The notes: generated by a model not told the origin, from the letters alone. A stretch of 43,473 nt of DNA from Nemertoderma westbladi (GCA_032718475.1 JAUCBJ010005598.1:1-43473); one strand, 5' to 3'. Counted from the first letter of the stretch, positions 1 to 12,211 are shown. Numbers and translations: made by a program.

Positions 1-2
1 AG

Positions 3-1178
3 CTAGCCGAAAATATATTTGCTGGACAACCCAAGTTCCAAACTAAGCTCAACATGTCAGGCATTATGCAAGTTTGGAAATCTACAATAACAGCTGATTA
101 TTATGTCGGAGCGTTGTCCACCCCCCAGGACGAATTAGGAGAACACAGCATAAGGTCAGTGAAAATGGTGGCTATAAAGAACTTCGCTACTACTCAAGCA
201 GACCTTTATGATTGGGACGAGGATGAGAGCATCCAACATCTTAACATACCTCGATTCCAGACTGATTATCCTGGAGTGCAAATACTCATCGGCCAAAACG
301 CGCATGAGGCGCTGGAGACATTAGAGAAACGACCTGCTCAACCGCAACCACTTCAGCCCTATGCGGTAAGAACTAGAGTAGGTTGGTACCTTACTGGACC
401 TTCCCGTAGAACGCTCAGGGAAAGACTGCTTCAAGATCACGTCTGCCAGGTGAGTGAATGGGAAGATGATACTAGTGAGGGAGATGACCCAACTGAGGGA
501 ACACCACACTCCTCAGATAATGACAATCTTAGCTCCAATGTAGATCAATGGAGATATTGCCCCAATAAGTTTAATCCAACTGACATCGCTTCCAGAGGAG
601 CAACTCCTCAAGAACTGACAGATACTACAGACCGGTTAGGTGAACCCGACTTCCTGAGTAAGGAGGATGAATGGCCTCCCCATCTTACTCCGACTGAGAT
701 TAGACCAGCCAAGGGAGCGGAGAAAGTCAAACCTAAAACCCGGATGGGTGGATCGGAGTTATTTGAACCCGGGACAGATCTGTCGGTATTACATATTGCC
801 AGGGACGACGCCGTGGATCTGGACCTCCCCACCGCGAGTGGATCCTTCATGAAGATCAGAGAGAGCGATTGGAGCTCTGGAACATCAGACGTCTCGCAGG
901 GACTCTCACCTCTCCTGCAGAGAGCGACGGACCACTATAGCTCCTGGAATCGGCTTTGTGACGCCGTCATATACTTTGAGCGATGTTTCTATCGTCACTA
1001 TTCCAGGACGAAGAGGAAACCTGGAATTGTATTCAGGATGCAGCGACTCAATCACCCAGTCGGTCGTTTGTGTTTATCGGAAGGGAATGGAGGACTCTCC
1101 GGAAACTGTGGAAGGCAAGATTCTCTTCCCACGACCACCTCCCTAATCCTTCAAACATCTAGGGACTCCATAACGTAA
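3..1178 (+). CDS. BEL/Pao LTR retrotransposon polyprotein remnant (protease region fused in frame to RNase H C-terminal and integrase C-terminal vestiges); frame open to the left window edge
   Basis: Motifs VQILIGQNAHEALE...PYAVRTRVGWYLTGP (BEL/Pao protease C-terminal region), QWRYCPNKFNPTDIASRG...GEPDFL..EDEWP (Pao RNase H C-terminus), YSSWNRL and HPVGRLCLSE (post-integrase tail). No RT YxDD or integrase core seen. No stop in this frame from position 3 to the ATG at 54. Confidence 0.85.
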   Translation, partial: LAENIFAGQPKFQTKLNMSGIMQVWKSTITADYYVGALSTPQDELGEHSIRSVKMVAIKNFATTQADLYDWDEDESIQHLNIPRFQTDYPGVQILIGQNAHEALETLEKRPAQPQPLQPYAVRTRVGWYLTGPSRRTLRERLLQDHVCQVSEWEDDTSEGDDPTEGTPHSSDNDNLSSNVDQWRYCPNKFNPTDIASRGATPQELTDTTDRLGEPDFLSKEDEWPPHLTPTEIRPAKGAEKVKPKTRMGGSELFEPGTDLSVLHIARDDAVDLDLPTASGSFMKIRESDWSSGTSDVSQGLSPLLQRATDHYSSWNRLCDAVIYFERCFYRHYSRTKRKPGIVFRMQRLNHPVGRLCLSEGNGGLSGNCGRQDSLPTTTSLILQTSRDSIT

Positions 1179-1196
1179 CAACATATGGAGTGGGCG

Positions 1197-1599
1197 TGTG
1201 ACTCTATTATTTTATATTATTTTATTATTTTTACATTTATGTATGTATTACTATGTAATTTTATTATAATCGTTTTATTTAATTTAGTAGAATATTATTT
1301 AGCGATTATTTTGTAGAATAGTGCAATATATTCGTGTTTATTACGTACATACTTACTTATATTATATTTAGTGCGACGGCGAAGAAATAATTATTTTTCT
1401 CTTTCCTTACTGTCCGTATTATATTATAAATACATAACTACAGTAAGATGAAATGTCCGTACTTATCAAAGTACAATAAAGCCACTACTATATTTTAGTA
1501 TTATTGGTAGGCAGAGTATTAGGAATGCAAAGTTCAGATCCTCGTGTCTCGGCTAAACCAAGCTCTGGGTAGACCTTGGAAACGACTTGCCTCTTCACA
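1197..1599 (+). mobile_element. Probable 3' LTR of the BEL/Pao element
   Basis: Purine-rich PPT-like GGAGTGGGCG immediately precedes TGTGA (1197). The segment ends in TCACA (1595-1599), giving inverted termini, and has AATAAA at 1475-1480. The 5' LTR is not in the window, so the right boundary is inferred. Confidence 0.6.
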
Positions 1600-1714
1600 C
1601 TGACATTGCTTCGTGCGATATTGCTCTCATACCGTATATTAAATAATACATATAGTAGCGTGATGTCCCTTTAACAGTAGCGTATAACGCAAAATAAATC
1701 TGTTAAACCCTTTG

Positions 1715-2010
1715 ACCATCTGTAATTCTAGTCGATTAAGATATCGCGGCACCCACCGATATACTTGAAAGACAAATTCTAGAATCAGTGGTTAACGTCC
1801 CCAGACAAGTTCTGGAATAAATCGGTGCCCATCTCAAATATTAATTATTTAATATTTGCAAATCTAATAAATCAAAATCTGTAAAATTCAGATCCTTCAA
1901 CAATTCTAGTCAATTAAGATATCGTAGCATTTACCGATATTCTTAAAAAAGACAATTGTCATAGAATTAAGGATCTTGTGTCCCTAGACATGTCTAGAAT
2001 CAAAATATGT
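1715..2010 (+). repeat. Diverged direct duplication (~175-bp period)
   Basis: AATTCTAGTC(G/A)ATTAAGATATCG...ACCGATAT...AAAGACAA...GTCCC.AGACA occurs at ~1724 and again at ~1902. Confidence 0.7.
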
Positions 2011-2689
2011 CCATTTAATTATCAAATAATAAAATTTCAGGGAATAAATTTAAATTCATGCCTTTTAATGAATTTAATAAATTGCCATTTTACGCAATTT
2101 ATAAAGTTCCCAAAATTCCATTAATTAATAGATCAAGGGAGCGGAGATTTATCTTATCATGCGTATGAGAGTGTGAAAGTCTCCCAAACATAGTCAATAG
2201 CCGATAAAATTCATAAAGTCATGTATAAAACAGAACATTGACTATTAAAGAATACTATTAAATAACATCCCAGATCTGTATGCATTGGAATTACTCTAAT
2301 TCTACCGCTAGCTTTGCATAATGTCACCATAGCAACAACCACGCTAGAATTAGAATTGAGTTAAAAGAACAATAGAAAGCTTGTACCATTGAATAGCATA
2401 GGGAATAAATAGCGCACTACTAGTATCCAAGGATACATAATAATACAGTGACATTCTGGAAGGCATTGACTAACGGACAAATGGCCCGAATGTGTGTAAT
2501 TTGTGACAAGTTGTGTGTGTGGTATTTGTGAGTTTATAGGTGAATGTTACTGCTAAGGTGTGTTTACAGTAGCCAGTCGCAATCGTAAAGTAACCTAACT
2601 CTCCAAGGAATACCTGAAGTACATCTAAGCCTTTGGGACGGACAGTCGAGTGACTTGTGCCGGTTGTCGTTGTCGTTGTGCGGCTACGT

Positions 2690-5494
2690 CGTTGGCGAAA
2701 GTACGGCGGCGACGACACAGCGGCGCTGAGGATCTCGTCCTGTCCGGGGGTTGATTGGGGTAGGCAGCGACGCCCGCTCGCCTAGATATAAACTCCTTAT
2801 AATGTGGATAAACTCATATATAGCAGAGATGACGGAGTTGATGGAGGATGGTCTTGGTATCGGGGAGCGATGTACTCTACTTTTACGGGCGTTTGTTGAT
2901 AGCTTAATACGCGGCGACATATACGCAGCGTAATGGTACGTATATGGGCTTCTTAACTACTGGTCATTCTATCAATTTACACAATACGGACTATGTCGAC
3001 TATATATCCTGCCCAGCGGAGTCGGAACCATAAACTGAAATTCGAATGCGAAAATTCTATTCGAAATTGGCTCGAAAGAAAAGACATTAAAGAAACAAAT
3101 AAACGCGGTAACTCCAACATATATTTGGAATTCTTGATAGAAGCATTGTAACAACAAATAAATATCATCCGCGTTACCCCTACCAGACGTGCGTCTTTGG
3201 TATTATTACGATAAATGCCCTAGATCCAGCCAATAAACGGAAAGACATAAACATCCACGGAAACGTTGTGTTAAACACAGTTGTGTTCGTTATATTTACT
3301 GGAGTTTCGAGCGAAACTTGTTTGACGTATCACCTATGCTCACTCGGCTCTAACGATCCTAGAGTAAACCTACGATCAGAGTCCCGGAATACTCGGTCAA
3401 ACCTCCTCATTCCTTAGTTGGACCTCAGACCTGCGATCCTGGTGGTGTCGCGGATCCTCGCGGACGGTATTCACTGTTCAAAGATCTAGTGCTACCCTAA
3501 CAATTAATCGGTAACACTCCGACAGTGATTTCTAGCTAGCCGCCCATCTTACCTAGCCGGATTGTGACGCGGACACCTAATATCACTATCCAACCGTATG
3601 GTCGTCCCCGTTTAACGCGATACAACCCCTCATCAAGGTGAAGGAGAGCTTTGTACGAAACGAGTTAAACGCTATTCTATAAAGATCAAAAGAGAAACCT
3701 GCGTTTGTTCAGATAAACGTAAGTTATAACAGTAAGTCCAGTCGATAAACGAATTGGCCTTATCTCAATTCGATTGGGAAATCCAGAATCTCTAAGAAGT
3801 TATCGAACTTGAACGATCCTATTCTCTGCGAGAGTTTTTGGATGAACGTATCCAGCTACGAGCGGAGGAAAATCAGCTCGAGGAGAAGCATATCGAAACG
3901 GCAGATACCTCGACCATAAACCTACACCTTCTGATGCAATCATATTGCACCCTTCACCCAGGAGTTATGGCCCTCCTAGTAAAGTGGCTCCCCCCAAAGA
4001 GAAAAAGACTCTTGCTAGCCTCAAAAAACTGCGTAAACGCCGTCTGCGCAAGAAAGACTAACTGTTTAGAGTATCTTTAGGTTTTAGAAACTGTGATTTT
4101 TATATTTTATAGACTGAAAATCCCATTTTCTGGGAGCGGTGTAAAAGCCTTTGCTGAATTGCCCCGTTATTTTTATTATCTTTTGCATTAAAATACTCTG
4201 TAGTTGATTTAATAAGTGTAAGAGACCGTATTATTGCTGTATCGGTGTTTTTAGAGGATCTAAGACCTATTTCCTCCGTATGTGTACTGTGAAAGGCATA
4301 TTTTATGATTCTATGGCAATTCGTGACGCAAAGGGGTGATAGCTACTCTTGAACAGTAGTTACTATGACTACGGTTAACAGCTGACATTCATACGTGTTG
4401 ATTTCCTTTGTTCTACGGCGTCTCTCAGTTCAGTCAGCCAATTAGAGCGTTTTTGTGGCTCCTTGTACAGAAAATTTCCGAGAAATGACGCAATGCCTAT
4501 GTGCAGTGTTTACATTCAGTCCTGAGCCAAAGAAAGAACGGCTTGGAAGTATTTTGTGCTTTACTGTTTTAGCCGTACACTAGTAGGCTTAATCATAAGG
4601 ACATATATCCGTTATCTAACTTGACTAACCTAACTCAATGCAATCAATGCATACTGCAGTACTGCATACACTGCATACTGTGTAACACTGTGCATACTTT
4701 ATATTGTTATACTGCTATTTGCTGTCTGTACTTCATAATTTGGTTGATGAATTATTATATTTGGAATAACGATAAATAACCCCGAAAACCCAATATTCTT
4801 GATATACTGAAGGTAAGAGAGAAAGGTTATACATAACGATTGTGACTTATGTTAAAGTGGTTTGAAGTGAATCTAATGTTATTTGATAGCCCCTACATGA
4901 GTCAGTCCGTGTTCCTTTTATATGTAACTAAAATCAGTGAAGATCGGCAGATCAGTGTGCAGTATTGTGCAGCATTGTGTGCGAGTGATACTGATAACGA
5001 AGCATTTCCTAAAGAATGCGCCATATATGTGAATTATAATTAAGCCATATCGTTGTGAGTAGTTTAAGTCATAACTCTGTTTATATAAATAAAGCGCCAC
5101 GTCCTAAAGGAACTGTTAATATTCCCGAAGGTGAATAATATTGTCAGAGATTATATAATACTGTCAGTCGAATAATACATTAAGCTTACATAGCAATAAA
5201 ATTAAGCCGTCGAACCCAATCTCCCGGGAATTATCCAGCGGGTGAATGATCGCGCACAGATTGGTTTCGACTAGTGTAGTGAATCAAATATTTGTCATCG
5301 GCTAAAGTGATTTATTATCTAACAGACATCCTAATTTGGCGGGTTAAACTGCCAAAGGTCTGAAAGCGCGAACAGCTACCTATGCTATCATCATATACAT
5401 ATTAATATGTTATTTGTTTATGACCAACACAGTTCACGATCTTTCATCGGGCAGACCCAGGCTTTGTTTGACATGAAGGTTATTAACCTTGACA
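2690..5494 (+). mobile_element. Possible second decayed LTR element: degenerate coding-like region followed by PPT-like TTCTGGGAGCGG and TGT at 4140
   Basis: GC/CpG-richer stretch with broken frames (coiled-coil-like EVIELERSYSLREFLDERIQLRAEENQLEEK and a basic tail), a BEL-like PPT+TGT junction at 4128-4142 and AATAAA near 5088. No recognisable domain; right end uncertain. Confidence 0.3.
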
Positions 5495-5497
5495 ACT

Positions 5498-6080
5498 GTA
5501 CTCGGGTACTATCTGTCCTTATCCGATGTGTCGGTGCTCGGGTACTGTTTTTCCTTATCCAATATATCAGTACTGTTTGACCTTATCCAATGTGCTGGTA
5601 CTCGGGTACTGTTTGCCCTTATCCAATGTGACTCGGGAACTGTTTGCCCTTATCCAATGTGCTGAGGAGTACTCGGGTACTGTTTGCCCTTATCCGATGT
5701 GTCGGTACTCGGGTACTGTTTGCCCTTATCCGATGTGTCGGTACTCGGGTACTGTCTGTCCTTAACCGATGTGTTACTCGGGTACTGTTTGCCCTTATCC
5801 AATGTGCTGAGGAGTACTCGGGTACTGTTTGCCCTTATCCAATGTGTCGGTACTCGGGTGCTGTCTGTCCTTAACCGATGTGTTACTCGGGAACTGTTTG
5901 CCCTTATCCAATGTGCTGAGGAGTACTCGGGTACTGTTTGCCCTTATCCGATGTGTCGGTACTCGGGTACTGTTTGCCCTTATCCGATGTGTCGGTACTG
6001 TTTGCCCTTATACGATGTGCCGGTACTCAGGTACTGTTATCCCTTATCCGATGATCCGGCATTCTGGAACTGTTTGCCAC
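5498..6080. repeat. Minisatellite, 36-bp core (ACTCGGGTACTGTTTGCCCTTATCCGATGTGTCGGT) with 33- and 40-bp variants
   Basis: Units start at 5671, 5707, 5743, 5776, 5816, 5852, 5885, 5925 and 5961. A 36+33+40 = 109-bp block repeats. Confidence 0.95.
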
Positions 6081-6184
6081 ATCTATCGCATAAGACATGG
6101 ACTGTCACCTTCAGACCTAGCTAATCTCATCCACTTTGAAGAAGGTTGCTACAGGCTATGGGGGGTCTGCCAAAAGAGTCATGA

Positions 6185-6765
6185 TTCCGCGTCAAAAGAA
6201 TGACAGTCCAGTTGAGTTTCAGCTACATTGGGCCCAAATTATGGAGTGAACTACTGTACCTATATATATCAATATCCAATTCTCTCATAACCTGGTCTCT
6301 TTCAAACACAATCATAAAAAGCATGTTCTGACCACCCTGACGGATAATGACATTTGAACACAATAACTCTATCTAACTAATCTTATCTTACTCAATCTAT
6401 GCATATTTTTAAATAGTTTCACTTTGTCATTTTCTGATTTTTATCTGATAATTATAGATATTTTAACCAGCGTACTGATAATTCGTTTTTAACTAACTAC
6501 CGTACCACGAATTAACCCAACCTGTTACACTAGATTGTTTAAAACTATTAGGCCTAATCTTTTTAATAACGATAGTAACTAAATTTTAGATGTCATTGTC
6601 ATTGTTTTAAAATGTCATTGGAAATGTCACACCATAACTATTTCATATATATACTTTTTTTAATTATATTTTTATAATTTTTAATTTATTTTTATTTTAC
6701 ACACCCCAAAACGTATTGTACTGTCTTTTGACGTTACTTATAGTGTTAAAAAATCAATCAATCAA
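6185..6765 (+). mobile_element. LINE (CR1/L2-group) extreme 3' fragment with UTR and (TCAA)n tail
   Basis: Translates SFSYIGPKLWSEL...SFKHNHKKHVL, the typical LINE ORF2 C-terminus, followed by an AT-rich UTR ending AAAAAATCAATCAATCAA. Confidence 0.65.
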
Positions 6766-6891
6766 GGACATGCGGTTCTTAAACGCGCTAAACAAATAAT
6801 TCCGCGGGGATGTGATAAGCGCAATGCTGTATGTAACGTTGACATTTAGTTGGTTTAATTATGATTTACATACAGGCGACTTTCATTCGTA

Positions 6892-7016
6892 GTTTGTTTA
6901 TAATTCATAATTTAAAAGTTGTTATAATATAAAACTTTATTATAAGTACGGATTAGTATTTAGTGTGGTTTGTTTATAATTCATAATTTAAAAGTTGTTA
7001 TAATATAAAACTTTAT
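6892..7016 (+). repeat. 49-bp direct duplication
   Basis: GTTTGTTTATAATTCATAATTTAAAAGTTGTTATAATATAAAACTTTAT at ~6892 and ~6968. Confidence 0.85.
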
Positions 7017-8019
7017 AACATCGGCAGTTTACAAGAGCTGGTGGAAGTAAAACGGACAACAATAAGGAGTCAGAGAGGGAGACTGGAGTTCGGGTTATTA
7101 AAAACGAAAATCGAAACAGTTTGAGTAATTTTGGATTGGATTCACAGCAGTTTAAAGAACCTTTAATACTAAATATAAAAAACTCAAAATTCAAGTAGGC
7201 TTGAGTGTTTCTGTATATTTGTCTGTTTGTTGGAACTTATAACACTAATTAGATGCTAATTACAAGTTTATTAAGCGTTTTTAAGAATTTTGTTTGTTTA
7301 GCGCTTTCGTTTATTTTCAAGATTCTACAAATTAAAGTGGCCTGAGTAATAAATTACCGGTATTGCCAAAACCCAGCGATACCATTCACTGCATTGCACA
7401 TGCATAGACAGCTAAATAAATGGTTTAAACATGAATAACGCTTTGTTTATTCAGTTTTCTAGCTAGGGTTACTCCATTCCCTCTTACTCCATGATAAATC
7501 GCGCAGATGATATATCGCGCTAATTTCAAAACGCCCACGCCCCACATCTCAGATATTTATCAACGAAATCCCGATGTTTCTACCGATTTGAAATCCTTCC
7601 AAATCGACCGAAACCACTTATTGTGAACAACGACGCACATCTGAACTGAATGAGTTATAAATCTACATCACCCAGTATTGGCTTAAAGACATTATTATAA
7701 ATGTACCGGTATATGAATAATACCGGCATCCATACCCATACTGGCATGAATAATACCGGATTGCTTCGTATAAAAAGCCACAATTCCACGTGAGTTGATG
7801 GGCGTCAGGTCGACCTATAGAACTGGCCTTCCTCGTGGGTAATTTCATTTCCATGGAGCAGTGACCACACGTAGGTGTTTCAGGAGCGAGACCGTATTTT
7901 ATCCACCACTGAAATTCCGTTTAGATGAAGTATCTTTATATAGAAAAAACAGTTTTTCACGTGCTGCGAGAAGGGCATATCGTCCTCTTCTGCCGTAAAA
8001 TTTTATAGTAAAGTAGGAC

Positions 8020-9537
8020 ATGATATTCTATAATATCTACGCCGATGACCTCAGTATTATCTTTAATGCAAGCGGGGTAGGCTGTATGATTGGATCCACT
8101 AGAATAAACCATTTACTGTATGCAGACGATCTGTGTTTATTGTCAAACTCAATTGTCGGCTTACAGAAATTGGTTAACATAGCGGTTAGTTATGCTAACA
8201 ATAACTCCATTATTTTTAATGTGAAGAAAACTAAATGTGTGTACTTCATTCCGAAATCATTCTCTCTAACGAGTTGCACTAAAATTACATTATATGGAGC
8301 ATATATTCCTATAGTGGATTCTTTCAACTATCTCGGACATATTATTACGTCATCAACTGATGACGATTGTGATATCATTAATCAAATGCATTCATTGTAT
8401 GCTAGAGCGAATACCCTTGTTAGGAAGTTTGGCAATGCCTCCGTCACTGTTAAGACTTTCTTATTTCGAGCATTTTGTATTCCTATATATGGTAACAGTC
8501 TGTGTACTCGTTCAAATTATTCTCAACGTGTATACGATAAAATACAAGTTGTGTATAACAATTGCACACGTATTTTATTTAATATCTCTCGCCTTACTGG
8601 CGATGAACCGACCAGTATCTCACTCTCATTCGGCACATTAAATCTGCCAATGCTGTGTCATATTCTGTACACAGCCTTTTTAAACGGGTCAGTGATTCTC
8701 AGAATGATTTGGTGCGAACCATTTACTCTGCTTGCAGACCATTCTCACGGTTTTTCGTTTCGTGAAACCGTCACTTTTAAGACTTGTTATTATTTTTTAG
8801 TATTATCATATTAATGTGTATATTTTGTGCTGTACGTAGGCCTACTGGGGTGACAGACCGAACGTAATCAGGATCGAACGTAATATAGTTTTTACGAATC
8901 GAATGTAACCTCAATTGTTACATTGGATCCTATAACTATGTTACATTCGATCTACAAATTACTAAGCTCGAATGTATCATACATTTATTTCAGTTGTGTT
9001 TTGATTTCAGGAGTTAACCGATGAAATGCTTCGTTTATTTACATGAAGAAACAGTTTGGTGTTGGTGAGTACAAAACAAAGACGCAAGACACAAGACCCA
9101 ATTAAGTAACCTGCATAATCTTGTAAACATGTGTTAACTTTCGTTTATTGTTTTGGTTCCAACAACAGGTATCTGTAACCTGCTCCTTTCAGCCTTTAAA
9201 TAAAAGTAACGTGCATAATCTTGTAACATGTGTTAACTTTCGTTTATTGTTTTGGTTCCCCCAACACGCCTCTGTAACCTGCTCCTTTAAATCTGTAAAT
9301 GGCAATGTTACATTGGGCTTAGTAATTTGTAGATCGAATGTAACATAGTTATAGGATCCAATGTAACATAATTGCGGTTACGTTTGATACGTAATAACTA
9401 TGTTACATTCGATCCTGATTACGTTCGGTCATGTATCCGGCCTACTGCATACTGTAATGTGGTAGGTATTTGTTATGTTGTTCTGTAGCTATGTGCCTCC
9501 TGGTGCGGAATAAAGAGTAAATAAATAAATAAATAAA
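8020..9537 (+). mobile_element. 5'-truncated non-LTR retrotransposon (RTEX-like) RT fragment, 3' UTR interrupted by a MITE, (TAAA)n tail
   Basis: ORF 8020-8814 has FYNIYADDL, HLLYADDL, FNVKKT, YLGH and LYARANTLVRKF..VKTFLFRAFC. Tail AATAAAGAG(TAAA)5 at ~9509-9537. Clade assigned from remembered motifs. Confidence 0.85.
8848..9438. mobile_element. Mutator-like MITE, 591 bp, 9-bp TSD GGCCTACTG
   Basis: ~135-bp imperfect TIRs (GG..ACA.GACCGAACGTAATCAGGATCGAA...). GGCCTACTG at 8839-8847 and 9439-9447. Internal ~100-bp direct duplication at 9106/9206. Confidence 0.9.
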
Positions 9538-9810
9538 CACCCTACTACAAGTATACAGCGGCTTAAGCCTGTAAGTAAGAAGTTGCAGTGCAGTCAGCTG
9601 ATCAGGTTACAGTACAGCAGTAGGGAATAGACTATATAATAGTATATAGGACAGTAGGATGGAGGCCACCAAACAGGAATGAGCCCCTACAGACTATTGA
9701 AGGAGTTCGAACTTCGAATGGGTGTACGGTCTGACATGACTGCATGACAAAATAAGACGTCAATCATATCCCCTCAGCCCCTCACTGCCTCACACAAAGC
9801 ATAAACTCAC

Positions 9811-10001
9811 TTGTGCTGAAGTCGCTTCACAATAGACTTGAGACAATCTTTACATGCGGTTGGGGAGTTGCCATCTTTCTTAACTTGATCATAAACATCG
9901 CATATTTTAATTTTATCCCAATTATCATCGACGTTTGCGTCTGATGTTGCTTCTATAACAATAGAATCATACGGAGATTTTCCTCCAACGAGAGACGCCA
10001 T
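9811..10001 (-). CDS. STAM: STAM-like (ESCRT-0) VHS-domain N-terminal coding exon
   Basis: SPYDSIVIEATSDANVDDNWDKI..CDVYDQV...KDCLKSIVKRLQHK resembles the STAM N-terminus (PFDQDVEKATSE.N..EDW..I.DICDKV....KDCLRSIMRRVNHK). Donor CACAA|GTGAGT at 9811/9810. Acceptor-like TTTATGGCAG ends 1 nt before the ATG. No further exons found in the window. Confidence 0.75.
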
Positions 10002-10441
10002 ACTGCCATAAATACAGATTCAGTACGGTAAGCTTATCAACAGATCAAACTCCAAACTGTCAAACATCTGACCATAATACCGGTACAAACTTATCTACCT
10101 TACAGCCATATGCCATATGAATTGGAGTTGAGCTGTTAATGCAACCGTCAGTCTGTAATTAAAGATGTAATATTATGGTTTTGTTCAGAAATCGAAAAAA
10201 TGAGAAAGCGTATCACCGGGAGTTGACAGGTTGAACTTTTGACCAATTTTGACTTAGCAAGTTCCAAAATTGGATCAAGTCCAAAATCGCCTATATCACC
10301 GACCGCGACCGGCAATATCATTCTGAATACAGAAATAAATGTTAACTAATTTAATTTAGATAATGCTAAATTGTGTCTGTGTGAGTACCGGTAGTGAGTT
10401 AGTGAGTGGTCTGATTATAGGTTGTGTAGGTGTAGGCTATG

Positions 10442-10573
10442 CAGGGGAGTATCCAGGAATTTTGATTGGGGGAAGGGCAGAGGGGGGTTGGCATCCATTG
10501 GGGGCCACGGCCACGCTGCCATAGTGCCATGTGCCCCCCCCCCCCTCGGTTACTGGAAATGGAAACGCCCATG
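10442..10573. mobile_element. Decayed hAT-type GC-rich MITE
   Basis: Ends CAGGGGAGTATCCA / TGGAAACGCCCATG form an imperfect TIR, with poly-G/poly-C inside. No clean TSD. Confidence 0.4.
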
Positions 10574-11088
10574 TGCCGATGTGTGCTTGTGTGTAGCAGG
10601 CTGGCAGGGATATAACTGTCTCCACCGATCCATATCCCTACACCATAGGAACCCCCGACGGATGTAATGATTTCATCATTTTATGTACCCCTTCTAACAC
10701 ATACTGACATAATCCGCAGCTTCTCCATTAGAATATGTTAATTTGCGTTTGAAGCTAATATGGCTTATAAAATCTGATAAAACATTCGGTTCCAAGCGTA
10801 GAAGTTAGGATAGAAAATACAAATAGGCGCAAATTTTCTGGTAATGCACGTGTCCTCTCGTGTAAAAAAGCGCTCCGAACTTTACGATGGCTGGATGGCG
10901 ATGGCAGCAATGACGAGATCAGTGTGGTTTCGTCGGATTCCTAATAGCAATAACATAATAATAAAGTAAAAACACATGCAGGAAATGCAAGTGATAATCC
11001 CGGTCCCGATAAGTCTGATCCCGTTTAAACACTAGTTTGCACTTTGCACCGCTAGTTTATTCTATTTAATAAAAATTAAAAACACCAC

Positions 11089-11130
11089 ATTACACGTTCG
11101 TGGGGACTTCGCGCAGCACGAGGCCTAGTT
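11089..11130 (+). mobile_element. Helitron-type 3' end (GC hairpin + CTAGT); second copy inverted at 14745-14785
   Basis: TTACACGTTCGTGGGGACTTCGCGCAGCACGAGGCCTAGTT. The reverse complement of 14745-14785 is nearly identical. Confidence 0.6.
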
Positions 11131-11341
11131 ATTATATACAAATTAAAATGCAGCGACTGTATCACAAAATCAGGTTTTGAGAAATTTACCCACACCACCA
11201 ATCAATCAAAGAAAGGTGGACAGTACGTGTTCACCCCTTTTAATCTCCCCCCCCCCCCCACCCTTCCCAACCACCAATACATAACCGCGACATCTACCAC
11301 CCACGGAAGGGTAGCACGAACTTATTTCCAATCGCACGTTA

Positions 11342-11645
11342 AATATGCAAAGCCAGGTGGTTTATAGGAATATAATAAACGCAGTACTCGTTTTCATTAT
11401 AAGCCTCTTTGCGTTCGTCCTGTTTTGTATTTAAATATATTTCTTAAACGCAAGCTAGGACGATCTTTATAATAATAATAACTAGGGATGCGATCAATAT
11501 GTGAAGCCAGGTGGTTTATATAATAATTTAGTCAACGCAGTACTCGTCTTCATTATATGCCTCGTTGCGCTCGTCGCTTGTCCTGTTTTGTCATAAAATA
11601 TTTTTCCTAAACGCAGACTGACGATCTTTATACAGTTATAACTAT
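11342..11645 (+). repeat. Diverged tandem duplication, ~154-bp period
   Basis: AAGCCAGGTGGTTTATA...AACGCAGTACTCGT...GTCCTGTTTTGT...AAACGCA...GACGATCTTTATA occurs twice. Confidence 0.85.
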
Positions 11646-12211
11646 GCGAAGTTTCGAAACTGTGCGAGTAACTGTTGATACATCTATGTGGAGATGTGTG
11701 ATATGTGGAGATGTGTGATACAACGCCAACGCATCTTATGCCGATGTAGTAATATGGGTATTGAAATAATATTTAATCAATGTACACTCTTAAAGCTGCA
11801 GCGAAAAAATGTAGCTAATTTCCTTGGTTACATATAAAATAATAATATTATTTTTAAGAACATTAATTTTACTACTTTGCAAAAATTCAATTAAAAAATA
11901 ACCAGACATATACATTGTGGAATAAACTATTTCAGAAGCCTACAACAGCCATGCCATGGATTGTATTTATGTTATTATATCTGTCATTTAACTGAGATAG
12001 CAATAGTAGTAATAATAGTCGAACGGTTATGCGGCCCGTCCAGCCTATAATAAACACAATTCAGTGATTGGGCTGGAATAGCAATACTGGTTGCCTCTAT
12101 TACAATTCCTCTCAGGTTAGTCTACAGCCACAACTCCCAGCAGCTAGCTCCAAACCAGCAGAGACTTGACCAATAATGGGAAGGATTAAATTTGTACTCA
12201 ATAATTGTGCG

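Noticed and set aside
6040-6120. Minus-strand peptide VLCDRCGKQF as STAM exon 2 or a zinc finger
   Set aside because: Stop codon shortly after, no convincing splice sites, no His pair, and it overlaps the degenerate satellite edge.
5498-6203. CRISPR-like array or Cys-rich repeat protein
   Set aside because: Repeats are contiguous with no unique spacers, there are no cas genes, and the context is eukaryotic.
6765-8015. Possible Kolobok-like DNA transposon between two LINE pieces
   Set aside because: Only weak terminal similarity, with no TTAA TSD or ORF.
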